DNA from: a plasmid
Length of the DNA stretch: 64,000 bases
Reading direction: 5' to 3' (one strand)
Sequence record: NZ_LR134467.1
Positions within the stretch are counted from its first letter, which is position 1. Each line of letters opens with the position of its first letter. The position numbers and the translations under genes are program-made. Below the pieces are notes generated by a model. That model worked only from the letters and a program-made list of their open reading frames with translations, searched no databases and was not told the DNA's origin. Positions 1 through 8,730 of this stretch are shown here, one piece after another.

Positions 1-315
1 GTCGGTGAGCTCGGCGTAGGCCGAGCGCCCCTCCGCGCGCCGCACCAGCCAGCCGCGCTCGCCGAGCTTGCGCAGCACGTGCGACAGGCGCGAGGGCGAC
101 GAGTTGGCGGCCTCGGCGAGTGCCGACAGGCCGAGCGTGCGGTCGGGCGCCTGCGAGAGCTGCGCGAGCACCATGAACTCGTAGTGGGTGATGCCCGCGT
201 CGGCGCGCAGCTGCGTGTCCAGCTTCGAGGGCAGCCGCATCGCGACGTGGATGAGGGGCAGCCAGGCCGCCATCTCCTCGTCGGACAGCCACCGGGTGTT
301 CCCCGTGTCCACCAT
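1..315 (-). CDS. MarR family transcriptional regulator (partial; C-terminus beyond window start)
   Basis: Reverse-strand translation from ATG at 315 reads MVDTGNTRWLSDEEMAAWLPLIHVAMRLPSKLDTQLRADAGITHYEFMVLAQLSQ...LGLSALAEAANSSPSRLSHVLRKLGERGWL, a typical MarR winged-helix. It is divergent from the amidohydrolase gene. Confidence 0.7.
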   Translation of the reverse strand, partial: MVDTGNTRWLSDEEMAAWLPLIHVAMRLPSKLDTQLRADAGITHYEFMVLAQLSQAPDRTLGLSALAEAANSSPSRLSHVLRKLGERGWLVRRAEGRSAYAELTD

Positions 316-389
316 CGCCACACCCCCGAACATCACGTCGGGACCCGAGTTTACCGGCTCCGCATTTCGGTGAACGGCGCCTCACCGAC

Positions 390-1316
390 GTGGGTACATT
401 GACCGGTATGAGCAGTCCGAGCACCACGCCGGGACCGACCTCCGACGCGGAGATCCCCGTCTACCTGGAGTCCCTCGGCATCCCCGGCCTCGCCGACATC
501 CACGTGCACTTCCTGCCCGAGCCGATGCTGGTCAAGGTGTGGGACTTCTTCGACCGCGCGAGCGCCGAGTACGGCCGCGAGTGGCCCATCCGGTACCGGT
601 TCGACGAGGACACCCGGCTGGAGCTGATCCGCGGCATGGGCGTGACGGCGATCCCCGCGCTCACCTACCCGCACAAGCCCGGGATGGCGGTGTGGCTCAA
701 CGAGTGGTGCGCCGAGTTCGCGCGCCGCGTGCCCGACGGCATCCACTGCGCCACGCTCTACCCCGAGCCCGGCGTGGGCGAGTACGTCGCGCAGGCCGTC
801 GCCGACGGTGCGCGGTTGTTCAAGATGCACGTCCAGGTGGGCGTCTTCGCGCCCGACGACCCGCTGCTGGATCCCGCCTGGGAGGTGCTGGCCGCGGCGA
901 GGATCCCGGTGGTGATCCACGCCGGCTCCGGCCCCGTCGAGGGCCCGTACACCGGCCCCGACCGCGTCGGCGAGGTGCTGCGCCGGCACCCCGAGCTGAC
1001 ACTCGTCATCGCGCACCTCGGCATGCCGGAGTACGACCGGTTCGCCGACCTCGCCGAGCGCTTCCCCCACGTGTACCTCGACACCACCATGGCCGCGACC
1101 GACTTCACCGAGCGGACCGCCCCGATGCCGCCCGGATACGTCGAGCGGCTCGGCGCGCTCGCCGACAAGGTGGTGTTGGGCAGCGACTTCCCCAACATCC
1201 CGTACGAGTACGCGCACCAGCTCTTCGGGCTGGCGCGGCTCGGCCTCGGCGACGAATGGATGCGCAAGGTGCTGTGGCACAACGGCCGCGCCCTGCTGGA
1301 GCGCGCGGGCGCCTGA
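390..1316 (+). CDS. amidohydrolase-2 family metal-dependent hydrolase
   Basis: 308-aa ORF with DIHVHFLPEP, VVIHAGSG, HLGMP and GSDFPN motifs typical of the PF04909 TIM-barrel amidohydrolases. An alternative start lies at 408 (MSSPST). Confidence 0.7.
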   Translation: MGTLTGMSSPSTTPGPTSDAEIPVYLESLGIPGLADIHVHFLPEPMLVKVWDFFDRASAEYGREWPIRYRFDEDTRLELIRGMGVTAIPALTYPHKPGMAVWLNEWCAEFARRVPDGIHCATLYPEPGVGEYVAQAVADGARLFKMHVQVGVFAPDDPLLDPAWEVLAAARIPVVIHAGSGPVEGPYTGPDRVGEVLRRHPELTLVIAHLGMPEYDRFADLAERFPHVYLDTTMAATDFTERTAPMPPGYVERLGALADKVVLGSDFPNIPYEYAHQLFGLARLGLGDEWMRKVLWHNGRALLERAGA

Positions 1317-1330
1317 GCACGGGCCGTACG

Positions 1331-2611
1331 ATGGCCCTCATGCAGATCCGGCGCGCCGCGGTGGCGCTGTTCGTCGCGGGGACCCTCGCGGCGTGCGGCG
1401 GCGCACCGTCGGCGCCCGAGACCCTGTCGCTCGAGCGGTCCAAGACCGCCTTCGAGCAGGTGGGGATCGACGAGACCCGCGACGACGTGACCGCGCTGGT
1501 CTCCACCGCCACCCGCGTCGGCGCGCGGCTCGCGGCGGGCGACCCGCGCGCGGCGAGCACCGCCGTCTCCCCCTGGTCGGTCCTGAGCCTGCTGGGCATG
1601 CTCCGAGCCGGGGCGCAGGGCGAGACCGCCGCGCAGCTCGACGGTGCCGGGCTCGGCGCCGCGAAGAACCTCCCGCGGGCGATGGCGGCTCTCACCGGCC
1701 AGGCCGCGCAGTGGGCGGGCGATCCGGGCACCGTCCCCACGGGCACACCGCCCGCGTCGCCGCTGTTCCAGTCGCAGGTCGCGCTCCTGACGGCCAAGCA
1801 GCCCGAGGACCGGCGCGTCCGGTCCCCGTACCTGGACGCGCTCGCCGCGAGTTACGACACCGGCGTCTACCCGGTGGACTTCGGCCTCGGCGTGGGCGAG
1901 CCGCTGGGCGAGTGGGTGGCCGTGAACACCGGCAGCAGCCTCACCGCGGCGCCGCTGCGCACCGACGCCGACACGCGCCTCGCCGCCGCGACGACCGCGT
2001 ACCTCGCGGCCGCGTGGCGCTTCCCGTTCGACGCCGCCCGGACGCGGCCCGCGCCGTTCACCGCCGCCGACGGCGCCGTTCTCGACCCGCTCACCATGCG
2101 CGGCACGGTGCCCGCGCGGGTGGCCGCGGGCGAGGGCTTCACGGCGTTGCAGCTCGACTACGGCACCACGCTCGCACTGCAGATCGTGCTACCCACCCCC
2201 GGGACGCCGCTCGCCGACGCGGCGAGCGAGGGCCGGTTCACCGCGGCGCGGATCGCGCTGGCGGGGGCACCGTCGACGCCGCACGAGGTGAGCCTGCCGA
2301 AGTGGCGCACCAGCACCTGGACCGGGCTCGCCGATCCGCTCCGGGACGCGGGCCTGACGGCGCTGTTCGCGGGCCCCGGCCTCGACGGCGTGGCCCCGGG
2401 ATCGCCGTCGCTGGCCGACGCCCGCGCGGCGGCCGTGCTCACCGTCGGAGAGAAGGGCACCGCCACCGACACCGCGACCGCGGCGCCGACCCCGGAGCCC
2501 GCGCCGGGCCCCGCGCCCTTCGTGGTGGATCGGGCCTTCGCGTACTCGGTGGTCGACACGGCGACAGGGATGCCCCTGATGATGGGGACGGTCAACCGGC
2601 CGGGCGCATAG
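1331..2611 (+). CDS. serpin (serine protease inhibitor) lipoprotein
   Basis: Starts MALMQIRRAAVALFVAGTLAACGG, a lipobox signal peptide. The body has serpin hallmarks: SPWSVLSLLGMLRAGAQGETAAQL near the N-terminus, a reactive-centre-loop region GEKGTATDTATAAP and the C-terminal FVVDRAFAYSVVDTATGMPLMMGTVNRP. Confidence 0.75.
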   Translation: MALMQIRRAAVALFVAGTLAACGGAPSAPETLSLERSKTAFEQVGIDETRDDVTALVSTATRVGARLAAGDPRAASTAVSPWSVLSLLGMLRAGAQGETAAQLDGAGLGAAKNLPRAMAALTGQAAQWAGDPGTVPTGTPPASPLFQSQVALLTAKQPEDRRVRSPYLDALAASYDTGVYPVDFGLGVGEPLGEWVAVNTGSSLTAAPLRTDADTRLAAATTAYLAAAWRFPFDAARTRPAPFTAADGAVLDPLTMRGTVPARVAAGEGFTALQLDYGTTLALQIVLPTPGTPLADAASEGRFTAARIALAGAPSTPHEVSLPKWRTSTWTGLADPLRDAGLTALFAGPGLDGVAPGSPSLADARAAAVLTVGEKGTATDTATAAPTPEPAPGPAPFVVDRAFAYSVVDTATGMPLMMGTVNRPGA

Positions 2612-2701
2612 CCCGCACACCACCTGTTGGTATTGCAAATCCACATTCCTTCCAGCGGTTATCTTTTCACCAAAGTCTCGACTTCACGTTAAGGTTGAGG
2701 C

Positions 2702-3984
2702 ATGACCATGAAGCTGACCCGCCCGCTCCGCGCGGCGGCCCGTTCGGCGTGGGCCCTCACGGGCACCGCGCTGCTCGCCGTGCTGATCGCGCTCGTCGCG
2801 GGCGGCGCCACCTTCCTCATCGCCGCGGGGACGACTCCGCCCGCGCCGGCCCAGGAGCGGGAGAACGCCGAGAACACGCGCGTCGCCCTCAAAGCCGCCG
2901 ACGAGTCGCGCGCGCTCTTCGGCCTACTGTCCAACGCCGTGGTCTCCGCCGGGAACGGCCTGAACACCTCGGCCGGCTCGGTCCCGCAGATCTTCGACAG
3001 CGTCGACACCGCCAAAACCGGTGCCGAACAGCTGGTCTCGGGCCTCGACGAGGCGTCCTCGCTCTCCGCCGCGCTGGGCCAGGTGAACCGGGCGACCGCC
3101 ACGCTCACCGGCGCCCTCGAGCGCACGCAGGGACTGCAGCAGGTGGCGGCGGGCACCCGCGCGGCGCTCGTGGCACTGCGCGGACGGCTGATCGAGCACC
3201 CGTCGCCCGGATCGGCCGAGGCCGTCGCGCAGCTCGACCGCGCGCTCGCCGGCTCGAAGGGCGTGGGCGCGCTCGACGACGTGGCCGGGATGCGGAGCAC
3301 GCTCTCGACCATGACGAGCAGCCTGAGCAGCGCGTCCGCCAACGCCGACGCCTCGCTCACCTCCGCCCGCAGCGCCGCCCGGCAACTGCGCGACGGGCTG
3401 ACCAAGCTGGCCTCGGCGCGCAAGGACGTCAACGCCTCCGTCACCAACCTGACCACCGGTGTGGGACAGCTGAAGACGGCGCTCGGCGCCATCGACGGCC
3501 AGCTCGCCCTCACGCAGACCCGGCTGCGGTCCGTGACCAGCGCGCCCGCCCCGGCGCCGGACCCCGGCATCGCGCGGCCACTCGCCTGGGCGCTCGTCGT
3601 GGGCGGCGCGGCGGGCACCGTCACCTACCTGGCCGCACTCGCGGTCGCCCATCGTCTGCGCCGCCGGGAGGCGGTCGCCGTGGAGGCGGCGGAGGCCGTC
3701 GAAGCCGCGACCGCGGACCTGGCCGAGTCCGATGAGGCCGCCACCGAGGCCACCCCCGCCGAGGAGGTTCCCGCCGCGGGGCACCACCGGGTTCTGCCGC
3801 CGGCCGACGAGGCCGCGGGGACGCCCTCGCGGAGCCCGCCGCGGAGGAGGCACCCGAGGATTCCGAGGGCACGGCGCTCACGCCCGGGAAGCGGGCGAAG
3901 CACCGGCGCAACCGGTTCCGGCCCGCCCCGGCGCCGGACACCAACCCGTACCTCTCGGTGGCCTTCTCGGGCAGCGCGGGCTGA
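2702..3984 (+). CDS. Ala-rich membrane protein, YhgE/Pip-like (N-terminal TM, long helical ectodomain, C-terminal TM, acidic tail); apparent -1 frameshift near 3817-3820
   Basis: MTMKLTRPLRAAARSAWALTGTALLAVLIALVAGG is a TM helix. Residues 60-290 form an Ala/Leu/Thr-rich coiled-coil-like region. A second TM is ARPLAWALVVGGAAGTVTYLAALAVA, followed by an acidic tail. The frame-2 reading runs into the convergent imuB gene. Restoring one G in the run at 3817-3820 gives ...ADEAAGDALAEPAAEEAPEDSEGTALTPGKRAKHRRNRFRPAPAPDTNPYLSVAFSGSAG*, ending at 3984, 15 bp before the imuB stop. Confidence 0.5.
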
Positions 3985-3998
3985 GCCGGTCGGCTCCT

Positions 3999-5591
3999 CT
4001 ACTCGTACACGCCCTCCACCTCCCAGCCCCCGGCGTACTGCAGTAGCAGGGCCCGGCCGTCGTCGCGGCCCGGCGCGGGCTCGAGCAGCACCTGGGCGCG
4101 GGCCCGGGGCTCGGTGGCACCGTCGGCGGCCCACCACCGCTCGTCGACCAGCCACGGCCCCGCCCACCAGCGCAGCGACCAGTCGCGCGAGCCCCACACC
4201 AGGTGCGTGGGCTCACCCGTGAAGGCGCCGCGCTCGGTGACCCGCACGGCGGCGCCCGCGGCATCGGTCATCGTGACCGCGGCGCCCGTGACCAGAACCG
4301 ACGGTGCCGGCTCCGGCATCCGCCCGGGCCACGGCGCGGCCGGATCGCGCTCCGGGACCACCTCGTCGCCCAGCGGCACCCAGGTGACCCGCTCGGCCGG
4401 GCCGCGACCGCCGCTGCGCACCCCCATCCGCACCGCCTCGCCGCCGAGCAGGCCCTGCACCCGGACCAGGGCGCGGCGGAACCGGGCGGCACCGTCGGCC
4501 TCGTCGCCCCACATGCCCGCCTGCAGCGCGCCGGCGTCGACCACCTCGACGGGTTCGAGCCGCAGCAGGGAGATCGGGGCGCCCGGGCCGCCGTCCCCGT
4601 CCCGCTTCGCGGACCGGCCGCCGGTGAGCCAGCCGTCGATCTGCCAGCGCACGCGGTCGGCCGTGCCGTCCGGGGTGAGCGGCTCGGCGCAGCGCCAGAT
4701 GCGGCTGTGCCGTTCGCCGTTCTCGGCGATCGCGGAGACCTCCAGGCGCAGGCACGCGACGCCGGCCGCGGACAGCTTGCCGTGCAGCTCCGCGGCCAGG
4801 GCGCGGCCGGCGAAGGCCGCCGCGTCGACCCGGTCGATCGGCGGGTCGGGCCGCAGCTCCACCTCCAGCCCGGGCGGCAGGGCCGCGGTGGACGGCGGCC
4901 GGTCCGGCACCGCGCGGGCCTGCCGGTGCGCGGCGATCGCGTCGGTCCCGAAACGGGTGGCCACATCGGTCGCGGAGAGCGCCGCGAAGGCGCCGACGGT
5001 GCGCAGCCCCAGCCGGCGCAGCAGGTCGAGGAGCTCGGTGCGGTCGCCGCCCGCGAGCGCGGGTTCGGCCCCCAGCTGGGCGATGGGCAGCGGGGCGAGG
5101 AAGGTCGCCGACTCCCCCGGCGGGACGACGGTGCCGCGGCGGGCCGCCAGGGCCGCGGTGAAGACCTCGTCGGCGATGCCGGCGAGCGACTCCGCGCCCA
5201 CGGAGGAGGCCGCGTCCACCAGGCGCTCGGCGGCCTGCTCCTCGCCGCCGAAGAAGCGCGCCGCGCCGCGCGCCGGGATCACCACGAGCCCCGGGCGCAG
5301 CACCTCGATGAGCGGGATCAGGGCGGCCACCGCGCCGGCCACGGGCTCGAAGAGCCGCGCGTCCCGGCCCTCGTCGGCCTGGGCGACGTGCAGTCCCGGG
5401 CAGCGGGCCTGGGATTCGCGGCGCTTCATGCCGCGGCGCACACCGTCGGCCCGGGCGGGGGCGTTGCAGGCGACGACCCGGTTGCCGTGCAGGACGGCGA
5501 CGGGGCGGTCGGGCGGCAGGTCCGCGTCCGCCGCCGCGGCGGCCGCCGGCCAGTCCGGGCACCACAGCGCGAGGATACGCTGCGCGGTCAC
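3999..5591 (-). CDS. imuB: ImuB, Y-family polymerase-like mutasome protein
   Basis: 530 aa starting MTAQRILALWCPDWP, the characteristic ImuB N-terminus. It is co-linear with the M. tuberculosis Rv3394c position next to imuA' and guaA. Its start overlaps the imuA' stop by 4 nt. Confidence 0.85.
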   Translation of the reverse strand: MTAQRILALWCPDWPAAAAAADADLPPDRPVAVLHGNRVVACNAPARADGVRRGMKRRESQARCPGLHVAQADEGRDARLFEPVAGAVAALIPLIEVLRPGLVVIPARGAARFFGGEEQAAERLVDAASSVGAESLAGIADEVFTAALAARRGTVVPPGESATFLAPLPIAQLGAEPALAGGDRTELLDLLRRLGLRTVGAFAALSATDVATRFGTDAIAAHRQARAVPDRPPSTAALPPGLEVELRPDPPIDRVDAAAFAGRALAAELHGKLSAAGVACLRLEVSAIAENGERHSRIWRCAEPLTPDGTADRVRWQIDGWLTGGRSAKRDGDGGPGAPISLLRLEPVEVVDAGALQAGMWGDEADGAARFRRALVRVQGLLGGEAVRMGVRSGGRGPAERVTWVPLGDEVVPERDPAAPWPGRMPEPAPSVLVTGAAVTMTDAAGAAVRVTERGAFTGEPTHLVWGSRDWSLRWWAGPWLVDERWWAADGATEPRARAQVLLEPAPGRDDGRALLLQYAGGWEVEGVYE

Positions 5592-6319
5592 TGCGCCGCC
5601 GCCCTTCGACGCTGCTCGGCGCCCCAGTGCTGCTCAGCGCCCCGCTGCGGGTTGACGCAGCCGCGGCCGCGGGCGGAGAAGACCAGGTCGATCCCGCGGA
5701 TCCGGCCGCGGCCCGGCCGGGTGCCGAGGCCGGTGTAGCCCTGCACGCGCGCGCCGAGGTGCAGCGCGGCGCCCTCCCACCGGCCGCCGGTGACCAGCAG
5801 TACCGAACCCCGGGAGCGGGCCCGGGCGGCGATGGCCCGGCCGCGACTGGGAGGCACCGCGATGCCGCCCAGCTCGCACAGCACCACGTCGGCACCGTCG
5901 AGCAGGATCGAGGCGACGGCCACCGGATCCGCGAGCGGGCCGGCGATGAGCGCGATGCGCTCCGGATCGGCCCCCTGTTCGAGTGCGGCGGCCATGCCGA
6001 AGCCGGACACGCCGCACAGCGCGACCCGCGCCCCGGCCCGCGAGACGCCGGCCACCAGCGAGACCGCGAGCGAGCCGGCGCCCGCGACCTCCGCGACCGT
6101 GCCGCGGGGCAGGCCGCCGCCCGGCAGCAGCCGGGCGAGTTCCTCGTGCACCGGGAGCACGCCCATGCCGAGCTGCGCCGACTCATCCTGCAGCGGCGCC
6201 TCCACGGGCGCCCGCGCCTTCGCCGGACGATGCCTCTCCGGCAGCGCCGCGAGCCGCTTGCGCAGCTCCGCGAGCTTCTCCTCGCGGCCCCCGGCCAATG
6301 CCTGAACACGTGCGGACAT
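5588..6319 (-). CDS. imuA: ImuA' (RecA-fold SOS mutasome accessory protein)
   Basis: 243 aa. It sits immediately upstream of imuB and is translationally coupled to it. A LexA box lies ~80 bp upstream. Size and position match Rv3395c. GGGGAGGGG RBS 8 nt before the ATG. Confidence 0.75.
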   Translation of the reverse strand: MSARVQALAGGREEKLAELRKRLAALPERHRPAKARAPVEAPLQDESAQLGMGVLPVHEELARLLPGGGLPRGTVAEVAGAGSLAVSLVAGVSRAGARVALCGVSGFGMAAALEQGADPERIALIAGPLADPVAVASILLDGADVVLCELGGIAVPPSRGRAIAARARSRGSVLLVTGGRWEGAALHLGARVQGYTGLGTRPGRGRIRGIDLVFSARGRGCVNPQRGAEQHWGAEQRRRAAAQ

Positions 6320-6395
6320 GTGTCACACCCCTCCCCTACCTTCGGATCCCGCGTCACCGATCAGTGCGGAAGCCGAGCCACGGGGAAGACATGAC

Positions 6396-6411
6396 TAGAA
6401 CTTCTGTTCGA
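6396..6411 (-). promoter_or_regulatory. LexA (SOS) box upstream of imuA'-imuB
   Basis: The + strand reads TAGAACTTCTGTTCGA and the minus strand TCGAACAGAAGTTCTA. The mycobacterial consensus is TCGAAC-N4-GTTCGA, giving one mismatch. It lies 77-92 bp upstream of the imuA' ATG. Confidence 0.6.
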
Positions 6412-6555
6412 TCTGATCTCAGCGTAGATCCGCGATCCGAACGGCGTCAAGCGCCGAGGTAGGAGAGGTTCCGAACGGGGATGCGGGCAACGCATCACAT
6501 GATCGCCGCAGGTCAGGGGCAACGTCGGCGGCACGGGCGTCAGCCCGGACAGAAC

Positions 6556-6591
6556 GACGGCGGACCGCCCCGTCGGGGGCGATCCGCCGTC
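6556..6591 (-). terminator. GC-rich hairpin downstream of permease gene
   Basis: GACGGCGGACCGCCCCG-TC-GGGGGCGATCCGCCGTC is a near-perfect 17-bp stem 18 bp after the permease stop. There is no U-tract, as is common in actinobacteria. Confidence 0.4.
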
Positions 6592-6608
6592 ATCGAGCGA
6601 GCGGGAGA

Positions 6609-8114
6609 TCAGCCCACGCGGTTCGGATCGTGGTGCGCGGAGGCCGCCGCGACGGGCGACAGGTCCGCGGTCTTCGGGTCGACGGTGGGCGTCTTGGTGA
6701 TCAGCTTGTGTCCCCACCACAGCCCCAGGAACAGGATCAGCGCGGCGTACGTGGTGAGCAGCAGACTGACGCTGCCTCCCGTGTCGGAATCGGTGACCGC
6801 GACGTAGTACTGCCCCGCGACGACCGCGACACACATGAGGAGCGCCACGATCGGACCCGCGGGGTACAGCCACGCCTTGTAGGGCAGCTCGTCGAGCGAG
6901 CGCCCCTGCGCGTTCCACGCCCGGCGGAACTTGTAGTGCGCCCACGCGATCCCGATCCAGGTCACGAACCCGGCCACGGACGAGGCCGCGACCAGCACCG
7001 TGTACGCGGCACCATCGCCCTTCGGGCCGGCGAGGAAGCACAGGCACCCGATCACGGTGGTCGCCGCCGTGGCGGCGATGGGAACGCCGGCCTTGGTCAC
7101 CTTGGCGAAGATCTTCGGCGCGTTGCCCTCCACCCCCAGGCCGTACAGCGCGCGCGTGGCGGCGAACAGGCTGGCGTTGCCGGCGGAGAGGATGGCGATG
7201 AGGATGACCGCGTTCATGATCGACGCCGCGGCATCGATGCCCGCGAGCTTGAAGACCAGCGTGAACGGCGCCACCGCGACGTTCTCCGCCGAGGCGTCCA
7301 GGAGCTCGGGGCTGGTGTACGGGATGAGGAAGGCGATGATCGTCAGCGTGCCGATGTAGAAGACCAGGATCCGGAAGAAGACGGTGCGCACCGCGCGCGG
7401 GATGGCGCTCTTCGGCTCGATGGCCTCGCCCGCCGCGACCGCGATCATCTCCGTGCCCTGGAAGGCGAAGCCCGCGATGAGGAAGACCGAGAGCATGCCC
7501 AGCGGCCAGTCCACGAAGGGCGCGTCGCCGATGGTCCAGTTGGAGAAGCCGGGAGACGGGCCGTCGCCGACCACGCCCAGCACCATGAGCACGCCGACGA
7601 TGAGGAAGATCACCACGGCGATCACCTTGATCGACGCGAACCAGAACTCGGCCTCGCCGAAGGCCTTCACCGCGAACAGGTTCAGGGCCAACAGGCCGGC
7701 GAGGAAGATCACCGACCAGATCCAGGTGGGCACGTCGGGCAGCCAGAACTTCATGATCAGGCCGGCCGCCACCACCTCCGCGGCCAGCGTGATCGACCAG
7801 TTGAACCAGTAGTTCCACCCGGCGGCGAAGCCGAAGGACTTACTGACGAACCGGCTGCCGTACTCCTCGAACGGATTACTGCACGGCATGTACGCCGACA
7901 TCTCGCCGAGGCTCTGCATGAGGAAGAAGACCATGACGCCCATGAGCGCGTACGCCAGGAGGGCGCCACCGGGGCCGGCCTGGCTGATCGTGGCGCCGGA
8001 CGCCACGAACAGGCCGGTGCCGATCGCGCCGCCGAGCGCGAGCATGCTGATGTGGCGACTCTGCAGTCCTTGGCGGAGGGAGTCATCGGGGGTGATTCCA
8101 AGAGGGCTGGACAC
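6609..8114 (-). CDS. APC-family amino acid permease
   Basis: 501 aa with 12 predicted TM segments and the APC signature region SMLALGGAIGTGLFVASGATISQAGPGGALLAYALMGVMVFFLMQSLGEM. Confidence 0.85.
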   Translation of the reverse strand: MSSPLGITPDDSLRQGLQSRHISMLALGGAIGTGLFVASGATISQAGPGGALLAYALMGVMVFFLMQSLGEMSAYMPCSNPFEEYGSRFVSKSFGFAAGWNYWFNWSITLAAEVVAAGLIMKFWLPDVPTWIWSVIFLAGLLALNLFAVKAFGEAEFWFASIKVIAVVIFLIVGVLMVLGVVGDGPSPGFSNWTIGDAPFVDWPLGMLSVFLIAGFAFQGTEMIAVAAGEAIEPKSAIPRAVRTVFFRILVFYIGTLTIIAFLIPYTSPELLDASAENVAVAPFTLVFKLAGIDAAASIMNAVILIAILSAGNASLFAATRALYGLGVEGNAPKIFAKVTKAGVPIAATAATTVIGCLCFLAGPKGDGAAYTVLVAASSVAGFVTWIGIAWAHYKFRRAWNAQGRSLDELPYKAWLYPAGPIVALLMCVAVVAGQYYVAVTDSDTGGSVSLLLTTYAALILFLGLWWGHKLITKTPTVDPKTADLSPVAAASAHHDPNRVG

Positions 8115-8164
8115 CCGATGAGAGTAGCGACCCCGACACCACTCCGGTTAGCATTCGCAGCGTC

Positions 8165-8713
8165 ATGTTCTCCTACGACACCCGATCCGCCCTCGCGAGC
8201 GCCGCCGATCTGGTCAACACCGCCCCGGACGCGCGCACGGAGCGCCCCGAGCGCCTGCCCGACGTCGCCGCGCTCCGCGCCTTCGTGGAGCGCTGGGGCT
8301 GGACCGGCCCCATCCCGCTGCGCGACGACGAGCTGGATCGCGTGCACGCCGTGCGCCGCGTCCTGCGCGGCCTGTGGGACCTCGCGGGCGACGAGGCCGG
8401 CACCGTCGACCTGGTGAACCGGATGCTGCGCGACGCGGCGGTCCTGCCCCAGCTCGTGCGGCACGACGACTGGCCGTACCACCTGCACGGCTGGAACGAC
8501 GCGACGCCCATCGCGGAGCGCTTCCTCGCCGAGCCCGCGATGGGCATGGTCGACGTGGTCCGCGCGGGTGCCCTCGACCGGCTGCGCCGGTGCGCCGCGC
8601 CGGACTGCGCCGGGGTGCTCGTGGACTTCAGCCGCAACAGCTCCCGCCGCTTCTGCGACGACGGATGCAACAACCGCCTGAACGTGGCCGCGTACCGCGC
8701 GCGCCGGGCCTGA
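8165..8713 (+). CDS. CGNR zinc-finger (ABATE domain) protein
   Basis: The C-terminus RRCAAPDCAGVLVDFSRNSSRRFCDDGCNNRLNVAAYRARRA carries the CGNR Zn-finger motif. An N-terminal ABATE-like domain is present. Confidence 0.75.
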   Translation: MFSYDTRSALASAADLVNTAPDARTERPERLPDVAALRAFVERWGWTGPIPLRDDELDRVHAVRRVLRGLWDLAGDEAGTVDLVNRMLRDAAVLPQLVRHDDWPYHLHGWNDATPIAERFLAEPAMGMVDVVRAGALDRLRRCAAPDCAGVLVDFSRNSSRRFCDDGCNNRLNVAAYRARRA

Positions 8714-8730
8714 CCCTTAGGATCAACGGC

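Noticed and set aside
539-3735. Long + strand ORFs 539..2611 (690 aa) and 1393..3735 (780 aa) overlapping the amidohydrolase, serpin and membrane-protein genes
   Set aside because: Arg/Gly/Pro/Ala-rich translations are typical of wrong-frame reading of 70% GC DNA. The in-frame serpin (1331..2611) and amidohydrolase genes have clear family motifs.
5588-6319. dnaE2 expected near imuA'-imuB
   Set aside because: No DnaE-like polymerase domain is present anywhere in the window. It is unlinked in mycobacteria as well, so this is not an anomaly.
4114-6394. ORFs 4114..5655 +, 4203..5738 +, 4213..6357 - (up to 714 aa) overlapping imuB/imuA'
   Set aside because: Low-complexity R/G/P/A translations lie on the opposite strand or off-frame to the well-supported imuA'-imuB genes.
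6361-8488. ORFs 6361..7818 -, 6630..8417 +, 7757..8488 - overlapping the amino-acid permease
   Set aside because: Only the 6609..8114 minus-strand frame gives a 12-TM APC permease. The others are GC-frame artefacts.
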